Source of the DNA: a virus
Lineage: Duplodnaviria > Caudoviricetes
Reading direction: 5' to 3' (one strand)
DNA: 64,000 nt
Virus record (IMG/VR): IMGVR_UViG_3300031853_000006
Span: 1 to 64,000 of that record
The position numbers were made by a program, and so were the translations under genes. Below the pieces are notes generated by a model. It was given only the letters and a program-made list of their open reading frames with translations. It made no database searches and was not told where the DNA came from. Shown here one piece after another: positions 17,434-28,315 of the stretch; the first letter of the stretch is position 1; each line of letters starts with the position of its first letter.

Positions 17434-19254
17434 TTGATTCTAGTAACACAAAACGACGACACATACGAAATAAGATTCCCGTACAATCAAGAGATCATTC
17501 AGTTGGTCAAGAATGTTCCGGGAAGGATGTGGAACCCGGAAGGGAAGTATTGGTATATACCTTCTGGGCGTCTTGGATTCTTGATAGCGCAGTTCAAGGG
17601 AACTCCTTACGAACAGCAGTTACAAATACAATCCAACGAAGATATCAATGTCAATGCATCAATTGACGATACCAATCACATTCCCGATCAAGATATTTCC
17701 GATGTTACATTATATGTAGCACCCGGAATGAAAGTGTTTGAGCATCAGCTAGATACGCTTAGATTTGCTAAGTGGCGCTACCTGCACGGTCTTAAGTCAG
17801 GATTCATCTTAGCTGATGAACCGGGCTTAGCCAAAACGTTGCAGACAGCACTCTGGTCAATGTATCTGAAGGAGAAGTACAATGCTAAACACTGCCTTGT
17901 TATAGCATGTGTCAACTCTGCAAAGTACAATTGGCGTGAAGACATCATTAAGCATACTAGAGGAAAGGAAGAGCCGTATCTTCTCGGAACTCGAGTTAAA
18001 CGTGACGGATCGCTTAACTTTTCAACCGGGTCTAAGGAGAAATTAGAAGACTTGATGACCCTGAAAAAGTACGGAGGCAAAGGAGACGAAGATCTTCCAT
18101 ATTTCCTCATTGTTAATATAGAAGCTATAAGAATGCGTTCTGGAAAGTCATATCCGATTGCCGATAGACTGATAGAGCTAATCAATGCAGGAGAAATTGA
18201 TCTCGTGGCCCTTGACGAAATTCATCGCAACTGTAGCCCTAGCTCCATGCAAGGGAAGCAAGTCCTCAGAATAAAGAAAGAAAGTCAACGTCAGATACAA
18301 TGGATACCCATAACCGGAACTCCTATTACATCAAGACCCACTGATGTATTTCTACCGTTGCGATTAGTAGACGGGCATGCTTCTTCTAGCTATTGGCATT
18401 GGTGTCAGCAGTATTGTGTGTACGGAGGCTATGGAGGGCATGAAATCATTGGGTATAAGAATATTCCGCAGTTGAAGCAGATTCTTCAGCCTAATATGCT
18501 CCGCCGATTGAAGAAAAACGTGCTAGATCTCCCGCCTAAGATACATTACACGGAATATGTCGAAAACAGCCCTTACCAGGATAAGCTGTATAAGCAGATC
18601 TTGAACGAAGTGAGATCATCTCGTGAACAAGTTGTCAAATCACTTAATCCACTTGCACAGTTCATACATTTAAGGCAAGTGAACGGTAGTCCCGAATTAG
18701 TCGATGAGTCAATCTCGCCTAACGACAAGGATTACTTAACTAAGAACGCAAAGCTAGCTAGAATGTTAGAATTACTAGACGATATACTAGCGGAGCCCGA
18801 TGAAAAAGTCGTTATTTTCTCCAATTGGGTTGAACCCTTACGAACCTTACATAAATTCGTCAGTAAGAGATACAAAACATGTTGTTACACGGGTACGATG
18901 TCAGCTAGCGATCGAGAAAAGCATAAAGCTGCTTTCATAAATGATCCGGAACGACGAGTCATGATGGGAACAGTGGGTGCGTTAGGAACATCGCATACGC
19001 TGACTGTAGCTCGTAACGTCGTTTTCTACGACAGCCCGTGGAACCCTGCAGATATCGAACAGGCAGAAGATAGATGTCACCGAGCAGGTACAACTGAATC
19101 TGTTTTTGTATACACGCTGATAACTAAAGGTACAGTAGACGAAAAGGTTCATGAGATTCTGTCTAAGAAGGAAGGTACAGCTAACTACATTGTAGATAAC
19201 GAGCTTGACCTTCACAGTCATCCGGAACTCTTTGATCTATTACTTAGGGATTAG
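17434..19254 (+). CDS. SNF2-family DNA helicase/translocase with N-terminal HARP-like domain
   Basis: LADEPGLAKT, LDEIH, ITGTP, MLRRLK, KVVIFS, PWNP-x4-QAEDRCHRAG. Confidence 0.92.
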   Translation: MILVTQNDDTYEIRFPYNQEIIQLVKNVPGRMWNPEGKYWYIPSGRLGFLIAQFKGTPYEQQLQIQSNEDINVNASIDDTNHIPDQDISDVTLYVAPGMKVFEHQLDTLRFAKWRYLHGLKSGFILADEPGLAKTLQTALWSMYLKEKYNAKHCLVIACVNSAKYNWREDIIKHTRGKEEPYLLGTRVKRDGSLNFSTGSKEKLEDLMTLKKYGGKGDEDLPYFLIVNIEAIRMRSGKSYPIADRLIELINAGEIDLVALDEIHRNCSPSSMQGKQVLRIKKESQRQIQWIPITGTPITSRPTDVFLPLRLVDGHASSSYWHWCQQYCVYGGYGGHEIIGYKNIPQLKQILQPNMLRRLKKNVLDLPPKIHYTEYVENSPYQDKLYKQILNEVRSSREQVVKSLNPLAQFIHLRQVNGSPELVDESISPNDKDYLTKNAKLARMLELLDDILAEPDEKVVIFSNWVEPLRTLHKFVSKRYKTCCYTGTMSASDREKHKAAFINDPERRVMMGTVGALGTSHTLTVARNVVFYDSPWNPADIEQAEDRCHRAGTTESVFVYTLITKGTVDEKVHEILSKKEGTANYIVDNELDLHSHPELFDLLLRD

Positions 19255-19267
19255 GAGGATTCTTAAA

Positions 19268-19552
19268 TTGAAGATCACTAAACATAAGATCTTAGCTGCA
19301 TCTGATTTCAGAACATTCAGTGGGTACGATCTAGATGAGCTCGAAGAGTCATTTCCTGATATCTTCTACGATTACATTTACGACATTCGTCATGATGTAT
19401 CTAGAGTATTTGTATCACATAATCCTAAATGCGAGTTCATCGGAGCGCTTGATTCAGATGGTGGCTATTATGTATACAAGAAGGAAGATCCAGATTTCGG
19501 ACCAGGATGGTTTGAAGTAGATTTCACTGAACTTGCAGAGTACTTAAAGTAA
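19268..19552 (+). CDS. tagged protein (MKITKHKILAAS)
   Basis: TTG start after AGGAGG. Confidence 0.65.
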   Translation: MKITKHKILAASDFRTFSGYDLDELEESFPDIFYDYIYDIRHDVSRVFVSHNPKCEFIGALDSDGGYYVYKKEDPDFGPGWFEVDFTELAEYLK

Positions 19553-19568
19553 AGGAGAGACAATTATT

Positions 19569-20429
19569 ATGAAACTTCAGAGGGTATCAGCGTCTAGCAA
19601 GTATCGCAGACGCAGAGTAATCAAAGCATCTAGATCTCCTCAGGATCTGATAGATGCATTTGAAGCAAAAATTGCAGAGCTCGAAGTAGAATCGTGTAAC
19701 AACATCACTTCTTCGGAAAAAGCAACAGCAGACGATGTTGAAGCAAATGGTTGTGCAAACTGCTCTACCGAGTTTGCCGATACTGAAGAGGTAGAAGGCT
19801 GCGACATTTCCGGATCTTGTGTAAATGGCTCTATTGAGCTTGACGATGCCGAAAAACAAGAGCTTTTTGAAGTCATCGACAAATACAATACTTCTGATCC
19901 TGTTTCCGGAAAATGGTCACTTGAAACAATGGATGAGATGCAGGCTATTGCAAACCACTTCGGTATAACACTTGATGAAGCAAAAGATATAATGATTAAC
20001 TACCTTGGTTTCGATGAAGATACACTGCTATCTGATACTGAAGGTGGTAGCTGGTTTGCACTTAAGGATCTAGGCGGAAACACTTTTACAGAACATTTTG
20101 CAAATGCAAAAGACGCATCAGAGTTCGCAAACAAGTATGATTACGAACTTGTAGGTCCTGTAGAAGCTAGTACCGATGACGATGACTGGCGCGCACGTCA
20201 GGAAGAGCGTGCAGTCGAAATTGATGATTACGACTACGACCTTGATTATGAGGATGTAGGAGGAGGCGGCTTCGAAGAAGTGAGCAAAGATGGTTCACCT
20301 ATACTTTCTCTAGGAGAAATCAAAGAGTATTGGAACAAAAATAATATCAATGATCCAGTTCTGGAGAATTATGATACATTTGAAGATTGGTGGAGTGACA
20401 CTAGCAGTAACTACTTGAGGGAGGTATAA
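19569..20429 (+). CDS. acidic protein with many [VI]-x-[AGS] sites (scaffold/internal-protein-like)
   Basis: RVSAS, VIKAS, VESC, ITSS, VEAN, VEGC, VNGS, VEAS. Confidence 0.7.
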   Translation: MKLQRVSASSKYRRRRVIKASRSPQDLIDAFEAKIAELEVESCNNITSSEKATADDVEANGCANCSTEFADTEEVEGCDISGSCVNGSIELDDAEKQELFEVIDKYNTSDPVSGKWSLETMDEMQAIANHFGITLDEAKDIMINYLGFDEDTLLSDTEGGSWFALKDLGGNTFTEHFANAKDASEFANKYDYELVGPVEASTDDDDWRARQEERAVEIDDYDYDLDYEDVGGGGFEEVSKDGSPILSLGEIKEYWNKNNINDPVLENYDTFEDWWSDTSSNYLREV

Positions 20430-20433
20430 TGAT

Positions 20434-21240
20434 ATGAAAATCACAGCTAGCAGACGGGACGACATCGAGCGCAGACGCGCTGAGTACGATGCCGAAACTG
20501 CAAAATACAATGCGATTGTTGAGGAAGGTAAAGAGAACTATAGGCAAGCTTCGAGAGCTCAGCGTAGTGCAATAGAGAAGGAAGTAAGCGAGTTGATTGG
20601 TGCTACTTCCCTTCCACTCGAGATCCGAGCAGACGAGACCTATGTAAAAGGTGGAAAAGGCTTCCAGATGGGATGGAAAGTTTTAGTTAGAGCTAATGAA
20701 TCTACGAAGTTCGATGATAACACAGCCCTTGCTTGGAGCTGGGAGGTAGAGTTAGACGCTGACGGTAACTTACTAAAGGATTCAAGTTCGTGGTCAGGTC
20801 TCAAAGCTTGCACACCTGCTCAGATAGCTGATCTTGAGGAGTCAGTCAGAGTGATCAAGCTACTTAACGACATCGATTGGAACACAGTGCTCGATAAAGC
20901 AGTGCTCGATTACGAAGACTTCTTGGATAAAGAAGCGTCTGCGAAACTTGCAGACAGAAAAGCAGCAAGACCTGACTTTGAGAAGGAAATCCTAAACGAT
21001 GAGCTGGAAGATATGCTCGGTGGTAATGTAGCCATCAAGCTTCGCAAGAATGATAATTGGAGAGGCAGTGTTTACATTCTCCCAGAAGCAGTTACAGATC
21101 AATTCGTTAAGGGTGTAATCTTCCCTGGATACTATGCAGATAAGGGAGCCGAAGTGTTAAAAAGCTGGGAAAGTAGCAAGACCAGGAAAGATAATCTTGC
21201 AACTGACGGCGGCGAGTTTGTAACACTTATGCTGCCTTAA
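20434..21240 (+). CDS. tagged protein (MKITAS)
   Basis: GGAGG RBS. Confidence 0.75.
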   Translation: MKITASRRDDIERRRAEYDAETAKYNAIVEEGKENYRQASRAQRSAIEKEVSELIGATSLPLEIRADETYVKGGKGFQMGWKVLVRANESTKFDDNTALAWSWEVELDADGNLLKDSSSWSGLKACTPAQIADLEESVRVIKLLNDIDWNTVLDKAVLDYEDFLDKEASAKLADRKAARPDFEKEILNDELEDMLGGNVAIKLRKNDNWRGSVYILPEAVTDQFVKGVIFPGYYADKGAEVLKSWESSKTRKDNLATDGGEFVTLMLP

Positions 21241-21297
21241 GATTCAATGACAGGCAATTCGATTGAAACTAAAGAGTAACAAGGAGGAACAGATAAA

Positions 21298-21531
21298 ATG
21301 AAAAGATACTTAAAAGCAGCAGAACAGCCTACTGTAGAAGAGCAGCTTGGCGACGCTATTGATAATCTCAACGACGATTTTGATTTCGTCATCAGCGGTA
21401 TTGAAAAGATCGCAGCAGATGGTGATTACGGAAAAGCAAATGAGCTTGTGAATAGCCTTAGTGAGATGATCAATGCATCTATCGAGGAGATGGCTGAGAG
21501 CATCTCTACAGAAGCTCCAGCAGCAGAGTAA
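21298..21531 (+). CDS. tagged small acidic protein (MKRYLKAA)
   Basis: AAGGAGG RBS. Confidence 0.75.
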   Translation: MKRYLKAAEQPTVEEQLGDAIDNLNDDFDFVISGIEKIAADGDYGKANELVNSLSEMINASIEEMAESISTEAPAAE

Positions 21532-21549
21532 TCAAGGAGGAGTTACTAA

Positions 21550-21885
21550 ATGAAGCGATTTGTGCATGATAAATCTGCAGTTGATATGCTACATGAGTTT
21601 GAATCTAAGCTGACTGATCTTAAGCACTCAGAAGATGAGGACATTGAAAGCGCAACAGTCTTAGATTCAGAAGAATCTCGTTTCGAGCGAATAGCTAAGA
21701 AACAAGTAGAAGATATCGACGGGTTCCTAACAGATTATTGTCTGTACTACGATAAAGCAGATGATATCTATGTCACTGTCTTCGGAGATTCAGATCTTTA
21801 CAGACCTGAAGATGGTTACTTCGATGAAGAGTTTGAAACTCGAGAAGAAGCAATCGAGTGGTTCGACAATTACGGAGAAGAGTGA
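21550..21885 (+). CDS. tagged acidic protein (MKRFVH..., IESAT)
   Basis: AGGAGG RBS. Confidence 0.75.
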   Translation: MKRFVHDKSAVDMLHEFESKLTDLKHSEDEDIESATVLDSEESRFERIAKKQVEDIDGFLTDYCLYYDKADDIYVTVFGDSDLYRPEDGYFDEEFETREEAIEWFDNYGEE

Positions 21886-22015
21886 ATTAAAAATGTTTTC
21901 AAATGACTAAATGAAGCCATAGTTTTTAGTCCTTGCTAAATCAGCCCTTGCCCATCGAGGTAAGGGCTGTTTCCTTGTTTAGTAAATCGTTAATAATGCA
22001 TAAGGAGGTACTATT

Positions 22016-22591
22016 ATGGGATACAAGTTTAGGCCGGTAAAAGATATCGAAACAGGTGAAGAGTATACGTCAGTCCGCAAAGCTGCTGAAGCAATTGGAG
22101 TACCTGAAAGTAAGTTGCGAAGTTGTCTACGGAGAGGTGCAGAATGTCAAGGTCATAAGTTTGAATATGTAGATGTTCCGGATGCAGACAAAAGGGTGTA
22201 CTCTAGCGACTTACCAGGAGAAGAGTGGAGACCTGTTCCAGGCTATGAAGGGCTGTACAGCGCATCTAATAAAGGGCGAATCCGTTCGGACAAGTTCAAA
22301 AATAGGCTCAAAACTCCTACAACTACTAAGACAGGACAGCAGATAGTATGGCTTTCCAAAGACGGTAAAGGGCAGTTTCATGATGCTCACACTGTTTGCA
22401 ATCGAGCATTTGGAATAGATGTTTCTAGCTGGAAACCCGTAAAGTGTGTCACAGATCGCAAGGAGTTCAGGTCTATTCGGCAGTGCAGTAAGCATTACAA
22501 AATGACTTACAGTGATTACCGCACTCTGCAAGCTGGGCTCAGGAGTAATCGCTCGTTTAGATTTAAGGGCAAGACTTTTGAACTAATCTAG
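22016..22591 (+). CDS. NUMOD1/NUMOD4-domain protein, HNH homing-endonuclease derivative
   Basis: EEWRPVPGYEGLYSASNKGRIRS (NUMOD4); YTSVRKAAEAIG and FRSIRQCS (NUMOD1-like). Confidence 0.75.
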   Translation: MGYKFRPVKDIETGEEYTSVRKAAEAIGVPESKLRSCLRRGAECQGHKFEYVDVPDADKRVYSSDLPGEEWRPVPGYEGLYSASNKGRIRSDKFKNRLKTPTTTKTGQQIVWLSKDGKGQFHDAHTVCNRAFGIDVSSWKPVKCVTDRKEFRSIRQCSKHYKMTYSDYRTLQAGLRSNRSFRFKGKTFELI

Positions 22592-22708
22592 ACCAAGAAC
22601 ATTATATAATAACATAGTAATAACCATAGAAGTGGAGGCTGACCGCCTCTGCTTCTTTTTAATTTACACAACTGATGAACCTTTAATATTTCAGGAGAGG
22701 GAAAGAAT

Positions 22709-22939
22709 ATGGAAATAAAAGCTTTTTTGAATATACCAAATTCACACCAAGTTATCAAACCCCATGACATTGTCCGTCTCGGAAGGTTTAGCAACGACGA
22801 TTGGGTTGTTCATTATGGTTGGTATGAATTTGGAGGTAACAGGCCGGTATGCGGTTGGTACCTCACAAAAGACGGCGGGCTAGTAACAAAGCCCTTGCAG
22901 CTTCCAGACCTCGATGATATATACCTTGTAGTCAAGTAG
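22709..22939 (+). CDS. small putative virion protein, similar to the N-terminus of the next gene
   Basis: WVVHYGWY...GWY vs WIIHNGYY...GWY. Confidence 0.65.
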   Translation: MEIKAFLNIPNSHQVIKPHDIVRLGRFSNDDWVVHYGWYEFGGNRPVCGWYLTKDGGLVTKPLQLPDLDDIYLVVK

Positions 22940-22956
22940 ATGAGGAGAATGCGATA

Positions 22957-24012
22957 ATGGCAAGTGAAAAATACATTATCATACCTGGCACACAGCAACG
23001 CATATATGACGGAACAGTTGTCATGTTGCATAGGTTGCCTAACTTAAGATGGATTATTCATAATGGCTACTATACATATAACGGCAAGAAAACAAAAGGG
23101 TGGTATTTTTCTTCAATTCCCTCAGATACAACAATGCCTGTTTTCAATGAAGATTTGATGGCCATGACGATTATAGATGATCCCGATCCATTTCCAGGAC
23201 CGCCTATACCACCGCCACATCCGCCACATCCGCCGGGCCCTATACAGATTCCGTTTACTCCGGAAGACAAGCGTCAAATAGATGCAGCTCTTATTACAGT
23301 TAAAGATCTTGCTGCAAGGGATATGCTCGGCAGCAGATGGACACCTAATGGTAAAGTTGTCAGGGTCAACGATATAGACGGAGAAGGCACAATAGATTAC
23401 TTCTCCTGGAACGCTGAAACATCTACCTGGGAGCCTGCTTCCTTCGGATACAGATACATGACACGAGAAGAGATCGAGCAGGCTACCGCAGATGATATAA
23501 TAAGCATCGAGTGGAGTAACGAAGAAGGTGCACTTGTCTTAGGAAGGCATGATGCTCCGATAGAAAAAGTAATGCTCAACGGAGTTGCACACGATCCGGT
23601 ATATACTGCAGAAGATCTTCAGCTCACAATTCCACGTTATGGAATGGAAGACCTCGTTGTAAACATCCCTCACGATAATTACATCAGGTCTATCCGATTT
23701 GAACAAAACTACACATTCCCGGATGGGCATGTAGGCCCTGCAATCGTAGTTGTAGTATCGGATGGAACTACTGAACACGAAGTAGCAGGTGATGCAACAG
23801 GCCTCATAGATGTTTACCAAGGCGGACAGACAGATACTATAGACGTTTCAATTCCGTCAGACGATAGGGTAGTAAGGGCATATGCTAAAATATCAACCCG
23901 ACCCAATAATCGGTTGAAGGTAGACGAAGAAGGACTATATGTAGATGTGTCTGATTTAGAAGATCAGTTGGATGAAGTAACAGAAGCAGTAACATGGGAA
24001 ACTTTTGAGTAA
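22957..24012 (+). CDS. putative structural protein with Pro-rich linker
   Basis: Position in the tail module; ends VTWETFE, like LTWQTF of the next gene. Confidence 0.6.
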   Translation: MASEKYIIIPGTQQRIYDGTVVMLHRLPNLRWIIHNGYYTYNGKKTKGWYFSSIPSDTTMPVFNEDLMAMTIIDDPDPFPGPPIPPPHPPHPPGPIQIPFTPEDKRQIDAALITVKDLAARDMLGSRWTPNGKVVRVNDIDGEGTIDYFSWNAETSTWEPASFGYRYMTREEIEQATADDIISIEWSNEEGALVLGRHDAPIEKVMLNGVAHDPVYTAEDLQLTIPRYGMEDLVVNIPHDNYIRSIRFEQNYTFPDGHVGPAIVVVVSDGTTEHEVAGDATGLIDVYQGGQTDTIDVSIPSDDRVVRAYAKISTRPNNRLKVDEEGLYVDVSDLEDQLDEVTEAVTWETFE

Positions 24013-24091
24013 ACAGAACTTACAAAGTTCTTTTTACAATATAGCAACTATTTAACTATGCCATGAAAAACTTGTACAAGGAGGAATACTA

Positions 24092-25114
24092 ATGGCTAAT
24101 CTAATTAAACTTGGTCAGGGTACAAAGTCAGGATATGATAGCGTAGCCGTAAAAGACCAGTATCAGGTGTATTTTACCACCGATACTCATCAGATTTTCG
24201 TAGGCTCAGACGAGTTTACAAAGGGCACAAAGGTTCTTTCAGCAGAGCCGACTTCTGCCACTCCTGGTGATCAGGACAGACTTTATGCCTTTGATGGCGC
24301 TCTGTACTTGATGTCAGGTAAAGAGGGCAGCACGTACAACTGGATTCGTGTTGCTAACATCAACGATACAGCCGGTACTGTAACATCTGTTGCAGCAGGC
24401 GAAGGATTGGAGACCGCAAGCGGTTCTGCAATTACTTCGACAGGCACAATTAAGCACTCAGTTCCGTCGGGAGCTGCAGCAGCTGCAGATAGCCTGACAA
24501 ATCAGACTCCTGATTTCGGTGAGTCATTCAACATCCAGGGTGTTGGTACAGATAAGTTCGGTCATGTTGTAGCAAACAATACACATACCGTAACTCTTCC
24601 GACCGAGACTCCTGTAACTGTATCAGATACAACAGGCTCAGCAGTAACACTTACTCCTGGTGACAGCTTCACAGTTGTAACTGGCGTTGGAATGAGCACT
24701 GCAGTAGACGCTACCGATCATGATGTAGTTGATACGAAGGTTACCTTCACGCTTCCGAGCGACGTCAACACAACTTACTCGATCAGCTCTACTTCAGAGG
24801 GTGTTGTAACACTTACAGGATCAGACAGCTCTTCTTCAACAGCTGTTATCGATGGATGGAGCGACCTTGCTAAGAAGTCTGATATCACATCAGTCTTCAA
24901 GTATAAGGGTTCTGTAGCATCAGTTGCAGATCTTCCGAAGGCAGCAGATGTTGGTGACGTTTACCAGGTTGGTACATCAGAGTATGTCTGCATCACCGCA
25001 GGTACAGGCGCAGAGGATCCGGCAACTTATGAGGAACTCGGTCCTGTAGTTGACCTGTCAGCTTACGCTACTACAGCTTATGTAGACGAGAAGCTCACAT
25101 GGCAGACATTCTAA
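24092..25114 (+). CDS. putative tail-fibre/appendage protein
   Basis: GTVTSVAAGEGL, DKFGHV, VFKYKGSVASVADLP fibre-type motifs; Thr/Ser-rich. Confidence 0.65.
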   Translation: MANLIKLGQGTKSGYDSVAVKDQYQVYFTTDTHQIFVGSDEFTKGTKVLSAEPTSATPGDQDRLYAFDGALYLMSGKEGSTYNWIRVANINDTAGTVTSVAAGEGLETASGSAITSTGTIKHSVPSGAAAAADSLTNQTPDFGESFNIQGVGTDKFGHVVANNTHTVTLPTETPVTVSDTTGSAVTLTPGDSFTVVTGVGMSTAVDATDHDVVDTKVTFTLPSDVNTTYSISSTSEGVVTLTGSDSSSSTAVIDGWSDLAKKSDITSVFKYKGSVASVADLPKAADVGDVYQVGTSEYVCITAGTGAEDPATYEELGPVVDLSAYATTAYVDEKLTWQTF

Positions 25115-25278
25115 TCTGTTTCGCTTGAAATAGTACTAATAAGGAGTGTGAGGAATCTTTAGGGCTCCTCCACTCCTTCATTTGTTTCGCAGAATACAAA
25201 GGGCAAAACTCTACAAAGGATTCACCTTTTATATGTGTGAAACACATTTGTCCACTATATACAGAGAGGAAAGATAGC

Positions 25279-25917
25279 ATGGATGTAAAATTCTACGCAA
25301 CAACATCGAGTAGGCTTCCAAGCTTGCCTGTCATAAATGGGCAGTTAATATATCTCGAAGATATCGATGCTTCATATTATGACATGGGCAATGTACGACA
25401 TCCAGTTTCAGGAGTCAAGCTTGTAAATGCTCTTCCGTCAACAGGGCAGCAAGCCAACATGCTATATGTTGTTATAGATCAAGGAGGCTCTGCAAAAGCT
25501 AGTATTTGGGATGCAGGAGCAAGCACTTATAGATCATTATCAAGTGATATTGCAACTACTTCAAATGCCGGACTTGTAAAGCCTGACGGTACAACAATTA
25601 CTATTTCTAATGATGGTACAATTTCGTGCCACGCAGAGGTTACATCGTTACCTGCAACTGCTATTACGTATGATAATACAACTTCTGGCACGACAGCAAC
25701 AAATGCCCAAGGAGCTCTTGACGAAATTGCAGCAGGAGTTGACGATGCTGTAGACAAGGCTACCGGAGCCCAGCAAGATGCAGACTATGCTCTTTCACAG
25801 TTAAGCACAGTCATCAGCACGATTGAAGGCATGGAAACAAGGCTACAAGCTGTTGAAGCAATTGCAGCTAGGGCACTTATCACTGAAGATCCAGTATCAC
25901 AACAGAATAACGACTGA
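25279..25917 (+). CDS. putative tail-fibre protein
   Basis: ATTSNAGLVKPDGTTITISNDGTIS repeat; ATNAQGALDEI motif; coiled coil. Confidence 0.65.
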   Translation: MDVKFYATTSSRLPSLPVINGQLIYLEDIDASYYDMGNVRHPVSGVKLVNALPSTGQQANMLYVVIDQGGSAKASIWDAGASTYRSLSSDIATTSNAGLVKPDGTTITISNDGTISCHAEVTSLPATAITYDNTTSGTTATNAQGALDEIAAGVDDAVDKATGAQQDADYALSQLSTVISTIEGMETRLQAVEAIAARALITEDPVSQQNND

Positions 25918-25956
25918 TACTTTTTACAATAATAGACCCAGAAAGGAGATTTAACT

Positions 25957-26295
25957 ATGGGAGTTAAATATTCGCAGCTTCCTGAGGCTACCTCAATAGC
26001 TAACAATGATCAGATAGCGATGCTTGACGTTTCAGGAAACATCTTGACCAGGATCCCAGTCGATCATGCTTACGGAACTACCGCATTCGGTGTAGGCGAT
26101 TCAACTCATTACGGCCATACTAAACTTAGCGATACATATGACGTAGTCGTTGGTAATGCCGCGTCTGGTATCGGTGCGAGTCAGGCTGCACTAAAAGCTG
26201 TTTATGACTACGCTAAGGCGGCACCCGACGCTCCTTTGACAGTAGTTAACGGGCAGTTATGCATCACATACGATGATGGTTCAAACGCTGAGTAA
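25957..26295 (+). CDS. putative tail-fibre protein
   Basis: YGHTKLSD...ASQAALKAVYD fibre repeat. Confidence 0.65.
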   Translation: MGVKYSQLPEATSIANNDQIAMLDVSGNILTRIPVDHAYGTTAFGVGDSTHYGHTKLSDTYDVVVGNAASGIGASQAALKAVYDYAKAAPDAPLTVVNGQLCITYDDGSNAE

Positions 26296-26311
26296 GAAGG
26301 GGGACTAGACT

Positions 26312-27802
26312 ATGGCAACAGTAACTAAGCCACCGATCTTAGATGATACAGGTCAGGGAATTGTAGGAGCACTCGATGATATTCTTGAAACAGCCCAGCT
26401 TTCTGCTCCGATTGCAACGCTTGAACATATCGGAAAAGTAAAGCCAGACGGGATAACAGTCAGAACTGACAATAACGGAGTCCTTACAGTTGTCAAATCT
26501 GTAATTGAAATCCCGAGAGTTGATCAGGATACTTTCACCTATGATGGATCACAGAAAACACTCACATTCATCAATATCAATCCGGACGAGGTGCTTGTAA
26601 CTGATAATGTAGCAACTAATGCAGGGACATATACTTGCACATGTACGCTTAAGAACCCGAATGCGGTATGGAGTGATAGAACAGCAGCTCCGAAAACCTA
26701 TAACTATACAATCAATAAGGCAGCAGGTTCAATAGTATTGTCACCTAGTTCCGTTTCACTTACAGGTTCACAGACATCTGTAACTGTAGACGTAACAATT
26801 ATCGGCGATGGCGTAGCTGTTTTTGGGTCAAATGATACCTCGATTGCAACTGTAACCCCTGACTCGTTGACTATGTCAGGTACAATAACTATAAGCGGTA
26901 CCGGAACAAACGGCGATACAACTATATCAGCTGTACTTGCAGCCGGTAATAACTATACAGGAGACTCAACAACTTGCGAAGTTTCAGCGAGTTACATTCC
27001 GATGAAGACGTTTGCAGCAGCTACGGATGCTGAGATTGCTGAGATGGTCGCTGCAGCTGATGCAGGTCTCATTGACTTGTATGAAGACTGCGGTTGGCGG
27101 GTTGGGCAGGAACACACTACAACATTGAGTGCTATTGCGGGGTCTGGGACGTATGACGGCGTATCGTGGACAGGTAGACCGCAGCCTGAACAGTCAATTA
27201 CCTTCGTGCTCCTTCATAGGGGGCTCTATCAGTTACAGAAAGCTGTTAAGAATAAGGACGGAAGTTCTAGGAACACTTGCTCGTTTGTAGTAGGACTTAA
27301 AGGAACGCTATCGCAGAACGCAAATGTTGACTCTAGCTCACCTAAGCCCTCTTGGCGATCGACTTCATTGAGGACTTGGCTGAATAGTGGATTTGTTTCA
27401 GGTATCCCGTCAGCCTTGCTACCTGCTTTTAAACAATTCTACACTACCACAGGATACATCACTGACCTCACTTATGGATGGGAAAGTACTGATCAAACAG
27501 TAGATAGATTTTCCTTAGCTGCTGAAAAAGAAATTCACAATACTCATCAATACAGTATTACAGCTGAAGCTAATCTATTGACCCAATTTAGCTATTATGA
27601 GATTTCAGCTAATCGAATGAAAAGTCGAGTCGGTATGACCGGCTATGACGAATACTGGAACAGATCAGTTGGGTCATATAATTCGGTGAATCGTGATGGA
27701 ACTATGTATGTTACTTCTTATGTTAGGAGTGGCAATCCTTATCCTTCGGCAAGAACATGCAGTTATGACTCATGTTTCGTTTCGCCATTCGGCGTCATGT
27801 AA
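26312..27802 (+). CDS. receptor-binding/fibre protein paralog A (Ig-like region plus C-terminal DUF6273/CLec-like domain)
   Basis: VKPDG repeat, Ig-like middle, LRTWLN...W-x-RS...SPFGVM C-terminus; paralog of 31381 and 33529. Confidence 0.75.
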   Translation: MATVTKPPILDDTGQGIVGALDDILETAQLSAPIATLEHIGKVKPDGITVRTDNNGVLTVVKSVIEIPRVDQDTFTYDGSQKTLTFININPDEVLVTDNVATNAGTYTCTCTLKNPNAVWSDRTAAPKTYNYTINKAAGSIVLSPSSVSLTGSQTSVTVDVTIIGDGVAVFGSNDTSIATVTPDSLTMSGTITISGTGTNGDTTISAVLAAGNNYTGDSTTCEVSASYIPMKTFAAATDAEIAEMVAAADAGLIDLYEDCGWRVGQEHTTTLSAIAGSGTYDGVSWTGRPQPEQSITFVLLHRGLYQLQKAVKNKDGSSRNTCSFVVGLKGTLSQNANVDSSSPKPSWRSTSLRTWLNSGFVSGIPSALLPAFKQFYTTTGYITDLTYGWESTDQTVDRFSLAAEKEIHNTHQYSITAEANLLTQFSYYEISANRMKSRVGMTGYDEYWNRSVGSYNSVNRDGTMYVTSYVRSGNPYPSARTCSYDSCFVSPFGVM

Positions 27803-27867
27803 TCATAACCATTCAACAACAATACAAATCGCCTGTAGTAGAAGGAAAGTTTGTCTCATTAACAAAG

Positions 27868-28082
27868 CTCGACAAACAGGGCAACCTGAGTTCAAAGCCT
27901 TAACCAGATTTACTTGGTACGAGACAACGAGTAATCAGAACAAAAACACCCCTTGGTGGGAGCGTTTGCCTCGTTACGACGGCGATAACTCTTTTTGTTG
28001 TGTGCGAGGCGACCGTGCCAGCTCTAACCTTGCCAGCAACTATATTGATGGGTATGTGTTGTCGCCTTTCGGCTGCTTGTGA
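27868..28082 (+). pseudogene. internally deleted silent 3' cassette B
   Basis: LDKQGN-coding DNA joined directly to EFKALTRFTWYE...SPFGCL*. Confidence 0.7.
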
Positions 28083-28315
28083 TGAAGAAATCTTAACCCA
28101 TAACACCCATTGGTATCTATCAGATAGCAGACATTATACAATACATTGCACTATAAGGTATGACAGGATACAAACAACCGCAACAGGAGAAGCTCTCAAA
28201 CACTTCTGGATAAAGAAATCGAGCTTCTCCTGTTTTACTGAATAGATACGCGAAGCGGTACAAGATCGTCAAATCGCTTTCGGTAGAATGTTCTTCATCA
28301 TTAAAAATACAAAAA

